Part shown: positions 1 through 11,141 of the stretch, in pieces
How the letters are laid out: each line of letters begins with the position of its first letter
How positions within the stretch are numbered: position 1 is the stretch's first letter
From: Escherichia coli
Lineage (GTDB): Bacteria; Pseudomonadota; Gammaproteobacteria; Enterobacterales; Enterobacteriaceae
DNA length: 32,000 nucleotides
Strand: one strand, 5' to 3'
Assembly: GCF_048163005.1 (NCBI RefSeq)
Contig: NZ_CP182378.1
Notes under the pieces: model-generated
What the model saw: the letters and a program-made list of their open reading frames with translations, nothing else
Told to the model about the DNA's origin: nothing
Databases searched by the model: none
Position numbers and translations under genes: made by a program

Positions 1-1
1 C

Positions 2-154
2 AACGGTAGCGTCGCCGCATTGCTGGTCGCACTCTTCAACCTTGGTATCGCAACGTTAATTTATCTGCCCTTTGTTGTGGTCGCTAACAAAGCACAAAAC
101 GCGATTGATAAAGAAGAGAGCGAAGAAGATATCGCTAACGCCCTGAAATTTTAA
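2..154 (+). CDS. chbC: PTS chitobiose-specific EIIC, C-terminal fragment (5' end lies outside the window)
   Basis: The frame is open from the window edge to TAA at 152-154. It translates to ...[30 protein letters not shown]. It sits immediately upstream of chbA, as in the chbBCARFG operon. Confidence 0.85.
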
Positions 155-204
155 TCGATGCCGGTACGGGTAATCGTGCCGGTAAGAAAAGAGAGGAACG
201 ATGT

Positions 205-555
205 ATGATGGATCTCGATAACATTCCCGATACGCAAACAGAAGCTGAAGAGCTGGAAGAAGTGGTGATGGGACTTATCATCAACTCCGGACAAGCGCGC
301 AGCCTGGCGTATGCCGCACTGAAACAGGCGAAGCAGGGCGATTTTGCCGCAGCAAAAGCCATGATGGATCAGTCACGGATGGCATTGAATGAAGCGCATC
401 TGGTACAGACGAAACTGATTGAAGGCGATGCGGGCGAAGGTAAGATGAAAGTGAGTCTGGTGCTGGTCCACGCTCAGGATCATTTAATGACGTCCATGCT
501 TGCGCGTGAACTGATTACCGAATTAATTGAGCTTCATGAAAAACTGAAGGCATAA
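205..555 (+). CDS. chbA: PTS chitobiose-specific EIIA component
   Basis: 116-aa ORF ([20 protein letters not shown]...) recognised as E. coli ChbA. Operon context is chbC-chbA-chbR. Confidence 0.95.
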   Translation: MMDLDNIPDTQTEAEELEEVVMGLIINSGQARSLAYAALKQAKQGDFAAAKAMMDQSRMALNEAHLVQTKLIEGDAGEGKMKVSLVLVHAQDHLMTSMLARELITELIELHEKLKA

Positions 556-562
556 GGAGTCG

Positions 563-1405
563 ATGATGCAGCCAGTGATTAACGCGCCGGAAATTGCCAC
601 TGCCCGAGAACAGCAGTTGTTTAATGGCAAAAACTTCCATGTGTTTATCTACAACAAAACTGAGAGTATCAGCGGACTGCATCAGCACGACTATTATGAA
701 TTTACTCTGGTATTAACCGGGCGTTATTTCCAGGAGATTAACGGTAAGCGCGTGTTACTGGAACGGGGCGATTTTGTTTTTATTCCGTTAGGTTCGCACC
801 ATCAAAGTTTTTATGAGTTTGGTGCCACGCGCATATTGAATGTTGGGATCAGTAAACGCTTTTTTGAGCAGCATTACCTGCCGTTGTTGCCTTATTGCTT
901 TGTCGCTTCGCAGGTATACCGGACCAATAACGCTTTTCTCACCTATGTGGAAACAGTGATTTCTTCATTGAATTTCCGCGAAACAGGGCTGGAAGAGTTT
1001 GTTGAGATGGTTACTTTTTATGTCATTAACCGTTTACGTCATTACCGCGAAGAACAGGTGATTGATGATGTACCGCAGTGGCTGAAAAGTACGGTAGAAA
1101 AGATGCATGATAAAGAGCAGTTTAGTGAATCGGCGCTGGAGAATATGGTGACGTTGTCAGCCAAATCACAGGAATATTTGACGCGAGCGACTCAACGATA
1201 TTATGGCAAAACACCAATGCAGATTATTAATGAGATCCGTATTAATTTTGCCAAAAAACAACTGGAAATGACCAACTATTCCGTGACGGATATTGCGTTT
1301 GAGGCCGGTTATAGTAGCCCGAGCTTGTTTATTAAAACGTTTAAGAAATTAACGTCCTTTACGCCTAAGAGCTATCGTAAGAAATTGACTGAATTTAATC
1401 AGTAA
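563..1405 (+). CDS. chbR: AraC-family dual regulator of the chb operon
   Basis: 280-aa ORF with a C-terminal AraC-type HTH region (...[50 protein letters not shown]...). An AGGAG Shine-Dalgarno lies just upstream. Confidence 0.95.
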   Translation: MMQPVINAPEIATAREQQLFNGKNFHVFIYNKTESISGLHQHDYYEFTLVLTGRYFQEINGKRVLLERGDFVFIPLGSHHQSFYEFGATRILNVGISKRFFEQHYLPLLPYCFVASQVYRTNNAFLTYVETVISSLNFRETGLEEFVEMVTFYVINRLRHYREEQVIDDVPQWLKSTVEKMHDKEQFSESALENMVTLSAKSQEYLTRATQRYYGKTPMQIINEIRINFAKKQLEMTNYSVTDIAFEAGYSSPSLFIKTFKKLTSFTPKSYRKKLTEFNQ

Positions 1406-1508
1406 GTCGTTATACCTGACAATTCACATATCTGTCCTGTTGCTGGATTATTTATGTCCGGGGGGCAGATATGCCAGATATCAGTATTCTGTACTGAAGG
1501 GAGAAATT

Positions 1509-2861
1509 ATGAGCCAGAAATTAAAAGTCGTCACTATTGGTGGCGGGAGCAGCTATACCCCGGAGTTACTGGAAGGATTTATTAAGCGTTATCACGAATT
1601 GCCGGTCAGCGAATTATGGCTGGTGGATGTCGAAGGTGGTAAAGCTAAACTGGATATTATTTTTGATCTCTGCCAACGGATGATTGATAACGCTGGCGTC
1701 CCGATGAAGCTTTATAAAACGCTGGATCGCCGCGAAGCATTGAAAGATGCTGATTTCGTTACTACCCAACTGCGCGTAGGCCAATTACCGGCGCGCGAAC
1801 TGGATGAACGTATTCCATTAAGTCATGGTTATCTTGGTCAGGAAACCAACGGCGCGGGCGGTCTTTTTAAAGGTCTGCGTACCATTCCGGTGATTTTTGA
1901 CATCGTAAAAGATGTCGAAGAACTTTGTCCGAATGCATGGGTGATTAACTTCACTAACCCGGCGGGAATGGTCACTGAAGCCGTTTATCGTCATACCGGA
2001 TTTAAACGCTTTATCGGCGTGTGTAATATTCCGATCGGCATGAAGATGTTTATTCGCGATGTTCTGATGCTGAAAGACAGCGATGATTTATCTATCGATC
2101 TGTTCGGCCTCAACCATATGGTGTTCATTAAAGATGTGCTGGTAAATGGCAAATCACGCTTTGCCGAATTGCTTGATGGTGTGGCATCCGGGCAGTTAAA
2201 AGCATCTGGCGTTAAAAATATTTTCGATCTGCCATTTAGCGAAGGCTTAATTCGTTCTCTGAATCTGTTGCCGTGTTCTTATTTGCTTTATTACTTCAAG
2301 CAAAAAGAGATGCTGGCTATTGAAATGGGCGAATACTACAAAGGCGGCGCACGAGCACAGGTAGTACAGAAAGTCGAGAAACAACTTTTTGAGCTGTATA
2401 AAAACCCGGAGTTGAAAGTTAAGCCGAAAGAACTGGAACAGCGCGGTGGGGCTTATTACTCTGATGCAGCGTGCGAAGTGATCAACGCTATCTACAACGA
2501 CAAGCAAGCTGAACATTACGTTAATATCCCGCATCATGGGCATATTGATAATATTCCGGCAGACTGGGCGGTAGAAATGACCTGTACGCTGGGGCGCGAT
2601 GGCGCGACGCCACATCCGCGCATTACGCATTTCGATGATAAAGTGATGGGGCTGATTCACACCATTAAAGGCTTCGAGATTGCTGCCAGCAACGCTGCAC
2701 TTAGCGGAGAATTTAACGATGTGTTACTGGCGCTAAACCTTAGTCCGTTGGTGCATTCCGATCGCGATGCTGAGCTGCTGGCACGCGAGATGATTCTGGC
2801 GCACGAGAAATGGCTGCCAAATTTTGCCGACTGCATCGCAGAGCTTAAAAAAGCACATTAA
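1509..2861 (+). CDS. chbF: 6-phospho-beta-glucosidase (GH4, NAD/Mn-dependent)
   Basis: The track ORF starts at TTG 1440. The internal ATG at 1509 (MSQKLKVVTIGGGSSYTPELL) is preceded by GGGAG and gives the known 450-aa length with a GH4 N-terminal Rossmann motif. Confidence 0.93.
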   Translation: MSQKLKVVTIGGGSSYTPELLEGFIKRYHELPVSELWLVDVEGGKAKLDIIFDLCQRMIDNAGVPMKLYKTLDRREALKDADFVTTQLRVGQLPARELDERIPLSHGYLGQETNGAGGLFKGLRTIPVIFDIVKDVEELCPNAWVINFTNPAGMVTEAVYRHTGFKRFIGVCNIPIGMKMFIRDVLMLKDSDDLSIDLFGLNHMVFIKDVLVNGKSRFAELLDGVASGQLKASGVKNIFDLPFSEGLIRSLNLLPCSYLLYYFKQKEMLAIEMGEYYKGGARAQVVQKVEKQLFELYKNPELKVKPKELEQRGGAYYSDAACEVINAIYNDKQAEHYVNIPHHGHIDNIPADWAVEMTCTLGRDGATPHPRITHFDDKVMGLIHTIKGFEIAASNAALSGEFNDVLLALNLSPLVHSDRDAELLAREMILAHEKWLPNFADCIAELKKAH

Positions 2862-3623
<762 letters not shown>

Positions 3624-3632
3624 GTAAGGTGG

Positions 3633-3662
3633 TAAGGTCACTCCCCAGGGGGCGTGACCTTA
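3633..3662. terminator. Hairpin between convergent chbG and katE (possible bidirectional terminator)
   Basis: TAAGGTCAC (3633-3641) pairs with GTGACCTTA (3654-3662) around a CCCC/GGGG-containing loop. It lies between the two convergent stop codons. Confidence 0.55.
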
Positions 3663-3669
3663 TCCATAT

Positions 3670-5931
3670 TTACGCCGGAATTTTGTCAATCTTAGGAATG
3701 CGTGACCACATGCGGTGTGCTGCCATCAGCGTTAACAGTTCATCCATAAAACTACCATCGGCGCTGTCAGCTTCCACAATCCCTTCTTCACCCTGGTCAG
3801 CGACCTTGATTGTTGCTTTAAACTTGCGCGCGTCTCCCGCCAGCGCAATCGGTTTAAGGTGTTTGTAGGCTTCCATCAGGTAGTAGTTGGCATCGCCGTT
3901 GTCAGCGATATCCGCGATATTGCCGCAAGGGACAATAACCGCATCGACCGTCAGCGAAGGTGCACCGGCAAAGGTAGCGGCTATAGGCAACACCGTACCG
4001 TCATCCGCAGTCACTTCACCCATTCGGGAGTAGAGCAGTTTGGCATGAACGCCTTTGGCCTTCAGCGCCTTGAGAATGGCCAGAAGGTCTGCCGATCTCA
4101 CTTCATCATTAAGTAAAATCGCTACCACGCGACCTTTCACATCACCGTCAGGAATGGCGTACAAACTTAAGGATGGATCCTTTTTCAGACCGTTGACGTC
4201 CGGAGGCGGGGTGATATTCAGCTGGTCGTCCGTCAGCTCGATACCGAGATTTTTCGCCACCGCCTGGGCCAGAGTGAGATCAATATGCGCCAGCTGGTCA
4301 ACAACGCGCTCACGAATATACGGACGAACTACTTTGCTTAACTCAAAACTGAAACCATCGACAATATGGCGCTGCTCGAATGGCGTCTGACTTAGCCAGA
4401 ACAGACGCGGATGGGAATAATATTCGCCAAACGATGGGCTGCGCTCGCGAACTTTATTGCCTTCCACGCGCTCCTGGTATGATTCAAAACCGCCGCGTTT
4501 CGGCCCCGGCGGTGTTTCGCGCGGCCAGTTATCGTTGATCGAGTTCGGTTCATAATTCGCCGGGTTAGTGTCGATCCCCATACGATGCATGCCGTCACGC
4601 TGGAAATTATGGTAAGGGCAGGTCGGGCGGTTAATCGGAATCTCATGGAAATTCGGCCCACCAAGACGACTGATTTGTGTATCGGTATAGGAGAACAAAC
4701 GTCCCTGCAACAGGGGATCGTTGGTGAAGTCCAGACCAGGAACAATATGACCTGGATGGAATGCTGCTTGTTCGTTTTCGGCAAAGAAGTTATCCGGATT
4801 GCGATTGAGCACCATTTTGCCGACACGCTGAACGGGCACCAGTTCTTCCGGGATAAGTTTAGTTGGATCAAGAAGGTCGAAGTCGAACTTAAATTCATCT
4901 TCCTCAGGAATCAACTGGAAGCCCAGTTCGTATTCCGGAAAATCGCCTGCTTCGATGGCTTCCCACAACTCGCGGCGGTGGAAGTCCGGGTCACGTCCGG
5001 TTAGTTTTTGTGCTTCATCCCAAACGAGTGAGGCTTTACCTGCCAGTGGTTTCCAGTGGAAACGTACGAACGTTGCCTTCCCTTCGGCATTAATCAGGCG
5101 GAAGGTGTGAATACCGAAGCCTTCCATGGTGCGGTAACTGCGCGGGATACCGCGATCCGACATCGCCCACATCACGTTGTGCAGAGTTTCAGGTTGCAGA
5201 GAAACATAATCCCAGAAAGTATCGTGGGCGCTTTGCCCTTGTGGAATTGCCCAGTGCGGTTCTGGTTTTACCGCATGAACAAAATCGGGGAATTTATGCG
5301 CATCCTGGATAAAGAAGATTGGCGTGTTATTGCCAACGAGGTCAAAAATACCCTCTTCGGTATAGAACTTGGTGGCAAAGCCACGGATATCACGCACGGT
5401 ATCGGCAGAGCCAGCACCACCCTGAACGGTAGAGAACCTAACAAATACTGGGGTGATTTTGTTCGGATCTGAGAGGAAATCCGCTTTGGTGATATCGCTT
5501 AAGCTTTTATATGGCTGGAAATAACCGTGAGCGGCTGATCCGCGTGCATGAACAATACGTTCCGGGATGCGCTCATGGTCAAAGTGGGTGATTTTCTCGC
5601 GCAGAATAAAATCTTCCAGCAGCGTTGGACCACGGCTACCGGCACGCAGTGAGTTTTGATCATCGGCGATGCGCACGCCCTGATTAGTGGTCAGCGCAAA
5701 ATTTTCACTGCCTTTGCGTACGTCTTCCAGAGAATTAAGTTTTTCGTTACGCGTATCAGGGGCTTTCAGGCTCCCAGGGGTGGTAGGTTGTGCGCCTGGC
5801 GGTGTTGGTTCAGCCGTTGGACGATGAGATCCGTCTTCAGGTGCCAGTGAGTCCATCCCCGGTTTCGCTTCGCTGGAATCGTGTAGTGGTGACTGGTGCT
5901 GATGTGGATTCTTTTCGTTATGTTGCGACAT
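3670..5931 (-). CDS. katE: catalase HPII (large-subunit monofunctional catalase)
   Basis: 753-aa ORF ([25 protein letters not shown]...) recognised as KatE. It has a few substitutions relative to my memory of the K-12 protein. Confidence 0.97.
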   Translation of the reverse strand: MSQHNEKNPHQHQSPLHDSSEAKPGMDSLAPEDGSHRPTAEPTPPGAQPTTPGSLKAPDTRNEKLNSLEDVRKGSENFALTTNQGVRIADDQNSLRAGSRGPTLLEDFILREKITHFDHERIPERIVHARGSAAHGYFQPYKSLSDITKADFLSDPNKITPVFVRFSTVQGGAGSADTVRDIRGFATKFYTEEGIFDLVGNNTPIFFIQDAHKFPDFVHAVKPEPHWAIPQGQSAHDTFWDYVSLQPETLHNVMWAMSDRGIPRSYRTMEGFGIHTFRLINAEGKATFVRFHWKPLAGKASLVWDEAQKLTGRDPDFHRRELWEAIEAGDFPEYELGFQLIPEEDEFKFDFDLLDPTKLIPEELVPVQRVGKMVLNRNPDNFFAENEQAAFHPGHIVPGLDFTNDPLLQGRLFSYTDTQISRLGGPNFHEIPINRPTCPYHNFQRDGMHRMGIDTNPANYEPNSINDNWPRETPPGPKRGGFESYQERVEGNKVRERSPSFGEYYSHPRLFWLSQTPFEQRHIVDGFSFELSKVVRPYIRERVVDQLAHIDLTLAQAVAKNLGIELTDDQLNITPPPDVNGLKKDPSLSLYAIPDGDVKGRVVAILLNDEVRSADLLAILKALKAKGVHAKLLYSRMGEVTADDGTVLPIAATFAGAPSLTVDAVIVPCGNIADIADNGDANYYLMEAYKHLKPIALAGDARKFKATIKVADQGEEGIVEADSADGSFMDELLTLMAAHRMWSRIPKIDKIPA

Positions 5932-6134
5932 TGAACTCGTCTCCTTAACTTATTACTGAAAGGGCCGCTGTTTTGGTCAAAAAACCCTCTAACTATAGAC
6001 CATCAGCCAGATCCCGCTTCGGAGACTATTCTGGAAACGGTGTTATGAAATACACGCAAAGCGGGACGTACAGGGGCTAAATCGGCTAAACTACAGTTTT
6101 TCTGATTTTTAATATGCGTTTAGTGAAGCCAGTA

Positions 6135-6377
6135 ATGAAGAAACCGCTCCGTCAGCAAAACCGCCAGATTATTAGCTATATCCCACGCACGGAACCCGCG
6201 CCGCCAGAACATGCGATAAAGATGGATTCGTTTCGTGATGTCTGGATGCTGCGTGGCAAATATGTTGCGTTTGTACTGATGGGAGAGTCATTTCTGCGCT
6301 CACCGGCATTTACTGTGCCTGAATCCGCCCAGCGTTGGGCAAATCAGATCCGCCAGGAAGGGGAAGTGACTGAGTAA
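6135..6377 (+). CDS. cedA: cell division activator CedA
   Basis: The track ORF begins at 6114. I used the internal ATG at 6135 (MKKPLRQQNRQIISY...), which gives the accepted 80-aa protein. The gene is divergent from katE, as in K-12. Confidence 0.85.
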   Translation: MKKPLRQQNRQIISYIPRTEPAPPEHAIKMDSFRDVWMLRGKYVAFVLMGESFLRSPAFTVPESAQRWANQIRQEGEVTE

Positions 6378-6388
6378 AGATTACGTAC

Positions 6389-6407
6389 CTCCCGGTTTTG
6401 CCGGGAG
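6389..6407 (+). terminator. Hairpin downstream of cedA
   Basis: CTCCCGG (6389-6395) pairs with CCGGGAG (6401-6407) around a TTTTG loop, 12 nt after the cedA stop. The trailing U tract is weak. Confidence 0.45.
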
Positions 6408-6665
6408 TTACATGGCCTGAAATTTTGTATTTCATTGCTACATTCATTCAAACCACCTGTAACAAAAAGCTGCCTTTGACGATCTATTGCTATAAATAAG
6501 TGAACTTTTTTCTTTAATTGTTTATTTATTTTAAAATGGTTAAGTTTTGCTAATCATGATGAGCTATTTTTGATAGTTCATCCTGTGGTGTCGCTCTTAA
6601 ACTTATATTGTAAATGACTTAGATTTAAATGAGATAATAATTTTGTTAACAATATGAGGCGGGAG

Positions 6666-7469
6666 ATGTTTTCTACAAACTTAATACAGAGTGATTATGG
6701 TAATTTAAATATTAAAAACCTTGCCTTCGACTCTTTTAAAGAAAGACTGCAGTCTACCATGACAGCACTCACTTTCTTTATATCAACGGGTCAATGTGCC
6801 TGCGATGAAATAGCAGAATCAAACTTCAATTATATGATTGCCTATATGTCTAACATTAACTATGATGCCTCAAAGCCAGGAGCGCCAGCACTTAGTTTTG
6901 ATACATATCTGCAGGACAATGTTAAATATAGAGTGATAATTAATAATCTTTATGGTAGTGAAATTAGGATAAGAGGTATTAATGAGAATTTTGTTGGGAT
7001 GGATTTTACCTGTGAATTCCGACCAGAAAAAATGACCAATTTGATCAATATAAAAAACAGGTTGGTTATTCACTATTTAAGAACGATATACTATGAACAA
7101 AATTATATACATCCTGTTGGGAGCATTTTTGCTGCGATTCAAAAAAATGAGAGTCTCCTAAAGTTTCCTTCGGTAATATCAATGCTTAATGTCAATCTTC
7201 TTTTTAATCCACTGAATCTTCCGGGAATGGGAAGTGGTGTGCTTGAAGAGATTATGAGTATTTCAGATAGTTCACTTAGAAAACGTCTTGGGTATGAGGT
7301 TTTAAGCTTCTCGCTACAAGCACATTCATTGAGTCAGGAATGTATCGATAAGTTAGCCATTTTTTTCGCTGACGATCTGTTTAAATATGAGTCAGTATGC
7401 ATCGCCGCGATGGAACATTTAAAAAGTAAGGCAACGGCCCCTATACAAAACGGACCGTTGCCAGCATAA
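6666..7469 (+). CDS. ydjO: uncharacterised protein YdjO (AT-rich orphan)
   Basis: The ORF read from ATG 6666 (MFSTNLIQSDYGNLNIKNLAFDS...) gives 267 aa, as in K-12 YdjO. The gene and its upstream region are visibly AT-rich. Confidence 0.85.
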   Translation: MFSTNLIQSDYGNLNIKNLAFDSFKERLQSTMTALTFFISTGQCACDEIAESNFNYMIAYMSNINYDASKPGAPALSFDTYLQDNVKYRVIINNLYGSEIRIRGINENFVGMDFTCEFRPEKMTNLINIKNRLVIHYLRTIYYEQNYIHPVGSIFAAIQKNESLLKFPSVISMLNVNLLFNPLNLPGMGSGVLEEIMSISDSSLRKRLGYEVLSFSLQAHSLSQECIDKLAIFFADDLFKYESVCIAAMEHLKSKATAPIQNGPLPA

Positions 7470-7472
7470 GAA

Positions 7473-8864
7473 TTAACGGTGTGCCAGTTCGGCGTCGTCT
7501 TCGCTATCCAGAATGGCTTTATCGGTTTGCTTCAGCCACTGGCTGGTCAGCGTGCCAGCGGTCATCGAGCCACTAACGTTTAGCGCCGTACGCCCCATGT
7601 CGATAAGCGGTTCAACGGAGATTAACAATGCCACCAGCGTTACAGGCAGGCCCATCGCAGGCAGCACAATCAGTGCGGCGAAAGTTGCACCACCACCGAC
7701 ACCGGCAACGCCTGCGGAACTAACGGTAACAATACCGACCAGCGTCGCAATCCACATCGGGTCCATCGGGTTAATGCCAACCGTAGGCGCAACCATCACC
7801 GCCAGCATTGCCGGATACAAACCGGCACAGCCGTTCTGACCAATGGTTGCACCGAAAGAGGCGGCGAAACTGGCGATGGATTCAGGAACACCCAGACGAC
7901 GCGTTTGTGCTTCCACATTCAGTGGGATAGACGCAGCACTGGAACGGCTGGTAAAGGCAAACGTCAGAACTGGCCATACCTTACGGAAGTACTTCAGCGG
8001 GCTCACGCCATTAATACCCAGCAGAAGGCCATGCACTGCAAACATAATCAGAAGACCGAGGTAGGACGCGACAACGAAACTTCCCAGTTTGATGATGTCT
8101 TGCAGGTTAGAACCTGCAACCACTTTGGTCATCAGCGCCAGAACGCCGTAAGGGGTCAGCTGCATGACCAGGCGAACCAGTTTCATCACCCAGCTTTGCA
8201 GGGTATCGATAGCGGTTAAGACGCGTTCACCTTTCGGCGCATCATCCTTCAGCAGCTTCAGCGCAGCTACGCCGAGGAATGCGGCAAAAATTACCACGCT
8301 GATAATTGACGTCGGATTGGCTCCGGTCAGATCGGCAAACGGGTTTTTCGGGATAAAGGACAAGACCAGCTGCGGAACGCTCAGGTCAGAGACTTTACCA
8401 ACATAGTTACTTTCAATGGCGTTCAGACGTGCAGTTTCTGCACCACCCTGAACCAGACCTTCAGCCGTCAAACCAAACAGGTTGGTGACCAGCACACCGA
8501 CCAGCGCCGCAATCAGCGTGGTAAACAAAAGCGTACCGATGGTCAGAAAACTGATTTTGCCTAACTGAGATGCGTTATGCAGACGGGCAACCGCGCTCAG
8601 AATAGAGGCGAAGACTAACGGCATAACGATCATTTGCAGCAGTTGAACATAGCCGTTACCAACAATGTTAAACCACTGTACAGAATCTTTAAGTACCTGG
8701 CTGTCAGAACCATAAATGGTATGCAGGGCGAGGCCAAAAACCACACCCATCACCAGACCCACCAGCACTTTTTTCGCCAGACTCCACTGTTTATGGCGGG
8801 TCTGAGCCAGCGCAAACAGCAGTACAACGAACACCACGATGTTCGCAATTAATGGAAAGTTCAT
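7473..8864 (-). CDS. tcyP: L-cystine/sulfur-compound symporter (DAACS family)
   Basis: 463-aa polytopic membrane ORF ([27 protein letters not shown]...) recognised as YdjN/TcyP. Confidence 0.95.
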   Translation of the reverse strand: MNFPLIANIVVFVVLLFALAQTRHKQWSLAKKVLVGLVMGVVFGLALHTIYGSDSQVLKDSVQWFNIVGNGYVQLLQMIVMPLVFASILSAVARLHNASQLGKISFLTIGTLLFTTLIAALVGVLVTNLFGLTAEGLVQGGAETARLNAIESNYVGKVSDLSVPQLVLSFIPKNPFADLTGANPTSIISVVIFAAFLGVAALKLLKDDAPKGERVLTAIDTLQSWVMKLVRLVMQLTPYGVLALMTKVVAGSNLQDIIKLGSFVVASYLGLLIMFAVHGLLLGINGVSPLKYFRKVWPVLTFAFTSRSSAASIPLNVEAQTRRLGVPESIASFAASFGATIGQNGCAGLYPAMLAVMVAPTVGINPMDPMWIATLVGIVTVSSAGVAGVGGGATFAALIVLPAMGLPVTLVALLISVEPLIDMGRTALNVSGSMTAGTLTSQWLKQTDKAILDSEDDAELAHR

Positions 8865-8996
8865 CCCCGTTCTCCTGATCTTATTATTTCTATCACTGCG
8901 TAGCAGTCATAGTGTTGGCGCAAGATTAACAGAACTGTGAGCTGGCTCTTATATTCAAATGGAATTGCTTATTCCAGAAAGGTGATTTTTGCCTTT

Positions 8997-9587
8997 TTAG
9001 TATTCAACCTGATGCTTAATAAGCCGATGAAACTGGATCTGCAAAGTATTGATCATTTGCGATGACCAACGAACAGCGCTGTTTTCGGGTAATGAATGGG
9101 GCATCCATACCGACCAGACAAATAATGCCATGCAGATAAAACGTTCCAGTTGGTTGCCCTTTTGGGGAACCAGGATAGGCAAGCGGAAACGCCAGCGGCA
9201 TGGCCAGAGCAGGGGAACACCGGCGGGTGTCAGCATATCGGCAAGTATGTGGCTCAAATAACCCAGCACCATTCCTTGTAGCGCATCAGCCGGAATGAAC
9301 CAGCTTTCAGGAACCTTAAGGTAAAAGGTTGCCAGCAGCGCAAATACCGCCAGCAGACTGTGGGTAAAACCACGATGCCCAAAAGCGCGGGCGATCGGTT
9401 TTGATATCCACTTTAATCGCTGCCCAAGAAACGACTTTGGGTGATCGATGTCCGGTAACAAACACGTCAGGATTGCGGAAGGGACAATATGCCACCAGTC
9501 ACCCTGTGCCAGCACGGGCGTCAGCTCGGCATTTTTGGCAAATACCGCACAAGCAATAGAAAAGAGAAGGTGACCTTCCGCCGTCAT
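8997..9587 (-). CDS. ydjM: LexA-regulated inner-membrane metal-dependent hydrolase family protein
   Basis: The track ORF is 200 aa. The ATG at 9587 (MTAEGHLLFSIACAVFAKN...) gives the 196-aa K-12 form. LexA boxes lie immediately upstream. Confidence 0.9.
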   Translation of the reverse strand: MTAEGHLLFSIACAVFAKNAELTPVLAQGDWWHIVPSAILTCLLPDIDHPKSFLGQRLKWISKPIARAFGHRGFTHSLLAVFALLATFYLKVPESWFIPADALQGMVLGYLSHILADMLTPAGVPLLWPCRWRFRLPILVPQKGNQLERFICMALFVWSVWMPHSLPENSAVRWSSQMINTLQIQFHRLIKHQVEY

Positions 9588-9601
9588 GATAAAACTCACT
9601 A

Positions 9602-9621
9602 AACTGTCAATACGTACAGTA
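9602..9621 (-). promoter_or_regulatory. LexA (SOS) box 1 upstream of ydjM
   Basis: On the minus strand this reads TACTGTACGTATTGACAGTT. CTG-N10-CAG is seen directly (CTG 9604-9606, CAG 9617-9619). It starts 15 nt upstream of the ydjM ATG. Confidence 0.85.
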
Positions 9622-9639
9622 TAGGATTTTTATACAGTG
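9620..9639 (-). promoter_or_regulatory. LexA (SOS) box 2 (half-consensus) upstream of ydjM
   Basis: On the minus strand this reads CACTGTATAAAAATCCTATA. It abuts box 1 and matches my memory of the published second ydjM box. Only the CTGTAT half is canonical. Confidence 0.65.
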
Positions 9640-9717
9640 CACGGAAGTGGTGACGGTGTAACTCTTTCTCTTAAATTGACGATTAATCCGTCAGTTGAAT
9701 GCAAATTCAGATAAAGA

Positions 9718-9747
9718 ACCAGGAGCAGTGTGATCACTGCCCCTGGT
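9718..9747 (-). terminator. hxpB rho-independent terminator candidate
   Basis: ACCAGGAGCAGTG (9718-9730) pairs with CACTGCCCCTGGT (9735-9747) with one mismatch around a TGAT loop. It lies directly after the hxpB stop on the minus strand and is followed by TTCTTTAT. Confidence 0.6.
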
Positions 9748-9749
9748 CA

Positions 9750-10418
9750 TTAACCGAGAAGGTCTTTTGCGGTGAGTTCTGTCAGCGATGAGAGTTTGAC
9801 GTTTGCTAATACAAAACGTGGATCATTTTGCGCTTCTGGCGCAGGAACGACGATGGAACGCATGCGGGCTGCTTTAGAAGCGATCATGCCATTTACCGAG
9901 TCTTCCAGCGCCACGCAGGTCAGTGGGTCAACGCCCAGTTTTGCTGCGCAGTCGAGATATACTTGCGGATGCGGCTTGCTGTAAGGCAGTTTTTCAGCCG
10001 AGGCGAGGGCATCGAAACTGTCGCGTAAGTCAAACATGGTCAACACTTTTTCCAGCATATGTAGTGGTGACGCGGAGGCCAGTCCCACTAATAAACCTTG
10101 TTCTTTGCATAACGCAACAGCTTCGCGCACGCCTGGTAATAATGGACGCGTCTCTTCAACCAGTGAAATGGCACGAGCAATAACCCGTTCTACTACTTCC
10201 TGACGGCTTGGCCCATTCCAGGGTTGCCGGGCGTACCAAAGATCGACCACCATATCGATGCGTAAACCTAAGGTGTCCGGCAGCTCGTTACGACGGGAGA
10301 TATCCACCCCTAGGCTTGCCATCACATCCAGTTCAGCTCGATCCCATAAAGGTTCTGAGTCGATAAGTAATCCATCCATATCAAAAATTGCAGCAAGAAT
10401 CTGACGCGGGGTTGACAT
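9750..10418 (-). CDS. hxpB: HAD-family sugar phosphatase (hexitol phosphatase B / 2-deoxyglucose-6-phosphatase)
   Basis: 222-aa ORF with HAD motif I, DMDGLLIDSE. Recognised as YniC/HxpB. Confidence 0.95.
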   Translation of the reverse strand: MSTPRQILAAIFDMDGLLIDSEPLWDRAELDVMASLGVDISRRNELPDTLGLRIDMVVDLWYARQPWNGPSRQEVVERVIARAISLVEETRPLLPGVREAVALCKEQGLLVGLASASPLHMLEKVLTMFDLRDSFDALASAEKLPYSKPHPQVYLDCAAKLGVDPLTCVALEDSVNGMIASKAARMRSIVVPAPEAQNDPRFVLANVKLSSLTELTAKDLLG

Positions 10419-10564
10419 TACAACCTCTCCTTTAGAGCATTATGTGTAAAGTATTAAGCCGTGCTTATGATTAAGCGCCTATCATATCGCCTTTAAAGAA
10501 TGGGCGAAAACAGATATCTACAGGTAAACTAAGTGAAACGACGCGTCTTAATCAAGGAGAACTC

Positions 10565-11101
10565 ATGACGTATCAACAAGCTGGACGCATTGCTGTTTTG
10601 AAAAGGATTTTGGGTTGGGTGATTTTTATACCTGCATTGATCTCTACACTGATTTCTTTGCTGAAATTTATGAATACCCGGCAGGAAAACCAGGAAGGCA
10701 TTAATGCGGTCATGCTCGACTTTACTCATGTCATGATCGATATGATGCAGGCGAATACGCCTTTTTTGAATCTGTTCTGGTATAACTCCCCGACGCCCAA
10801 TTTTAATGGTGGCGTGAACGTTATGTTCTGGGTGATTTTCATCCTGATTTTTGTCGGACTGGCGTTGCAGGATTCCGGTGCCCGGATGAGTCGCCAGGCG
10901 CGCTTCTTGCGGGAAGGTGTTGAAGATCAACTCATTCTGGAAAAAGCCAAAGGGGAAGAGGGGCTAACGCGTGAACAAATTGAGTCACGTATTGTTGTGC
11001 CGCACCATACTATTTTCCTGCAGTTTTTCTCGCTGTATATCCTGCCGGTTATTTGTATTGCTGCAGGTTATGTGTTCTTTTCTCTGCTGGGGTTTATTTA
11101 A
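10565..11101 (+). CDS. yniB: uncharacterised inner-membrane protein YniB
   Basis: 178-aa ORF (MTYQQAGRIAVLKRILGWVIFIPALIS...) with hydrophobic segments and an AAGGAG Shine-Dalgarno upstream. Confidence 0.92.
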   Translation: MTYQQAGRIAVLKRILGWVIFIPALISTLISLLKFMNTRQENQEGINAVMLDFTHVMIDMMQANTPFLNLFWYNSPTPNFNGGVNVMFWVIFILIFVGLALQDSGARMSRQARFLREGVEDQLILEKAKGEEGLTREQIESRIVVPHHTIFLQFFSLYILPVICIAAGYVFFSLLGFI

Positions 11102-11103
11102 TC

Positions 11104-11127
11104 AAAAGGCCGCACGGAGCGGCCATT
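11104..11127. terminator. Hairpin between convergent yniB and yniA
   Basis: AAAAGGCCGC-ACGGA-GCGGCC. The GGCCGC (11108-11113) / GCGGCC (11119-11124) stem is flanked by A/T residues. Confidence 0.55.
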
Positions 11128-11141
11128 ATCCTCACCCCATA

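Noticed and set aside
1440-1508. TTG-initiated 23-codon N-terminal extension of chbF
   Set aside because: The ATG at 1509 has a Shine-Dalgarno and yields the known 450-aa protein beginning directly at the GH4 Rossmann motif. The extension (MLDYLCPGGRYARYQYSVLKGEI) is not part of the known ChbF as I remember it.
3859-5850. Multiple 64-168-aa ORFs on both strands inside katE
   Set aside because: All are alternative frames of the 753-aa catalase gene, and none has independent support.
6114-6134. 7-codon N-terminal extension of cedA (87-aa version)
   Set aside because: There is no Shine-Dalgarno before 6114, and the accepted CedA is 80 aa starting MKKPLRQQ. A residual ambiguity remains, so the confidence for the cedA start was lowered.
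10529-10930. 133-aa minus-strand ORF antisense to yniB
   Set aside because: It is a shadow frame of yniB that also crosses the yniB promoter region. The sequence has no recognisable features.
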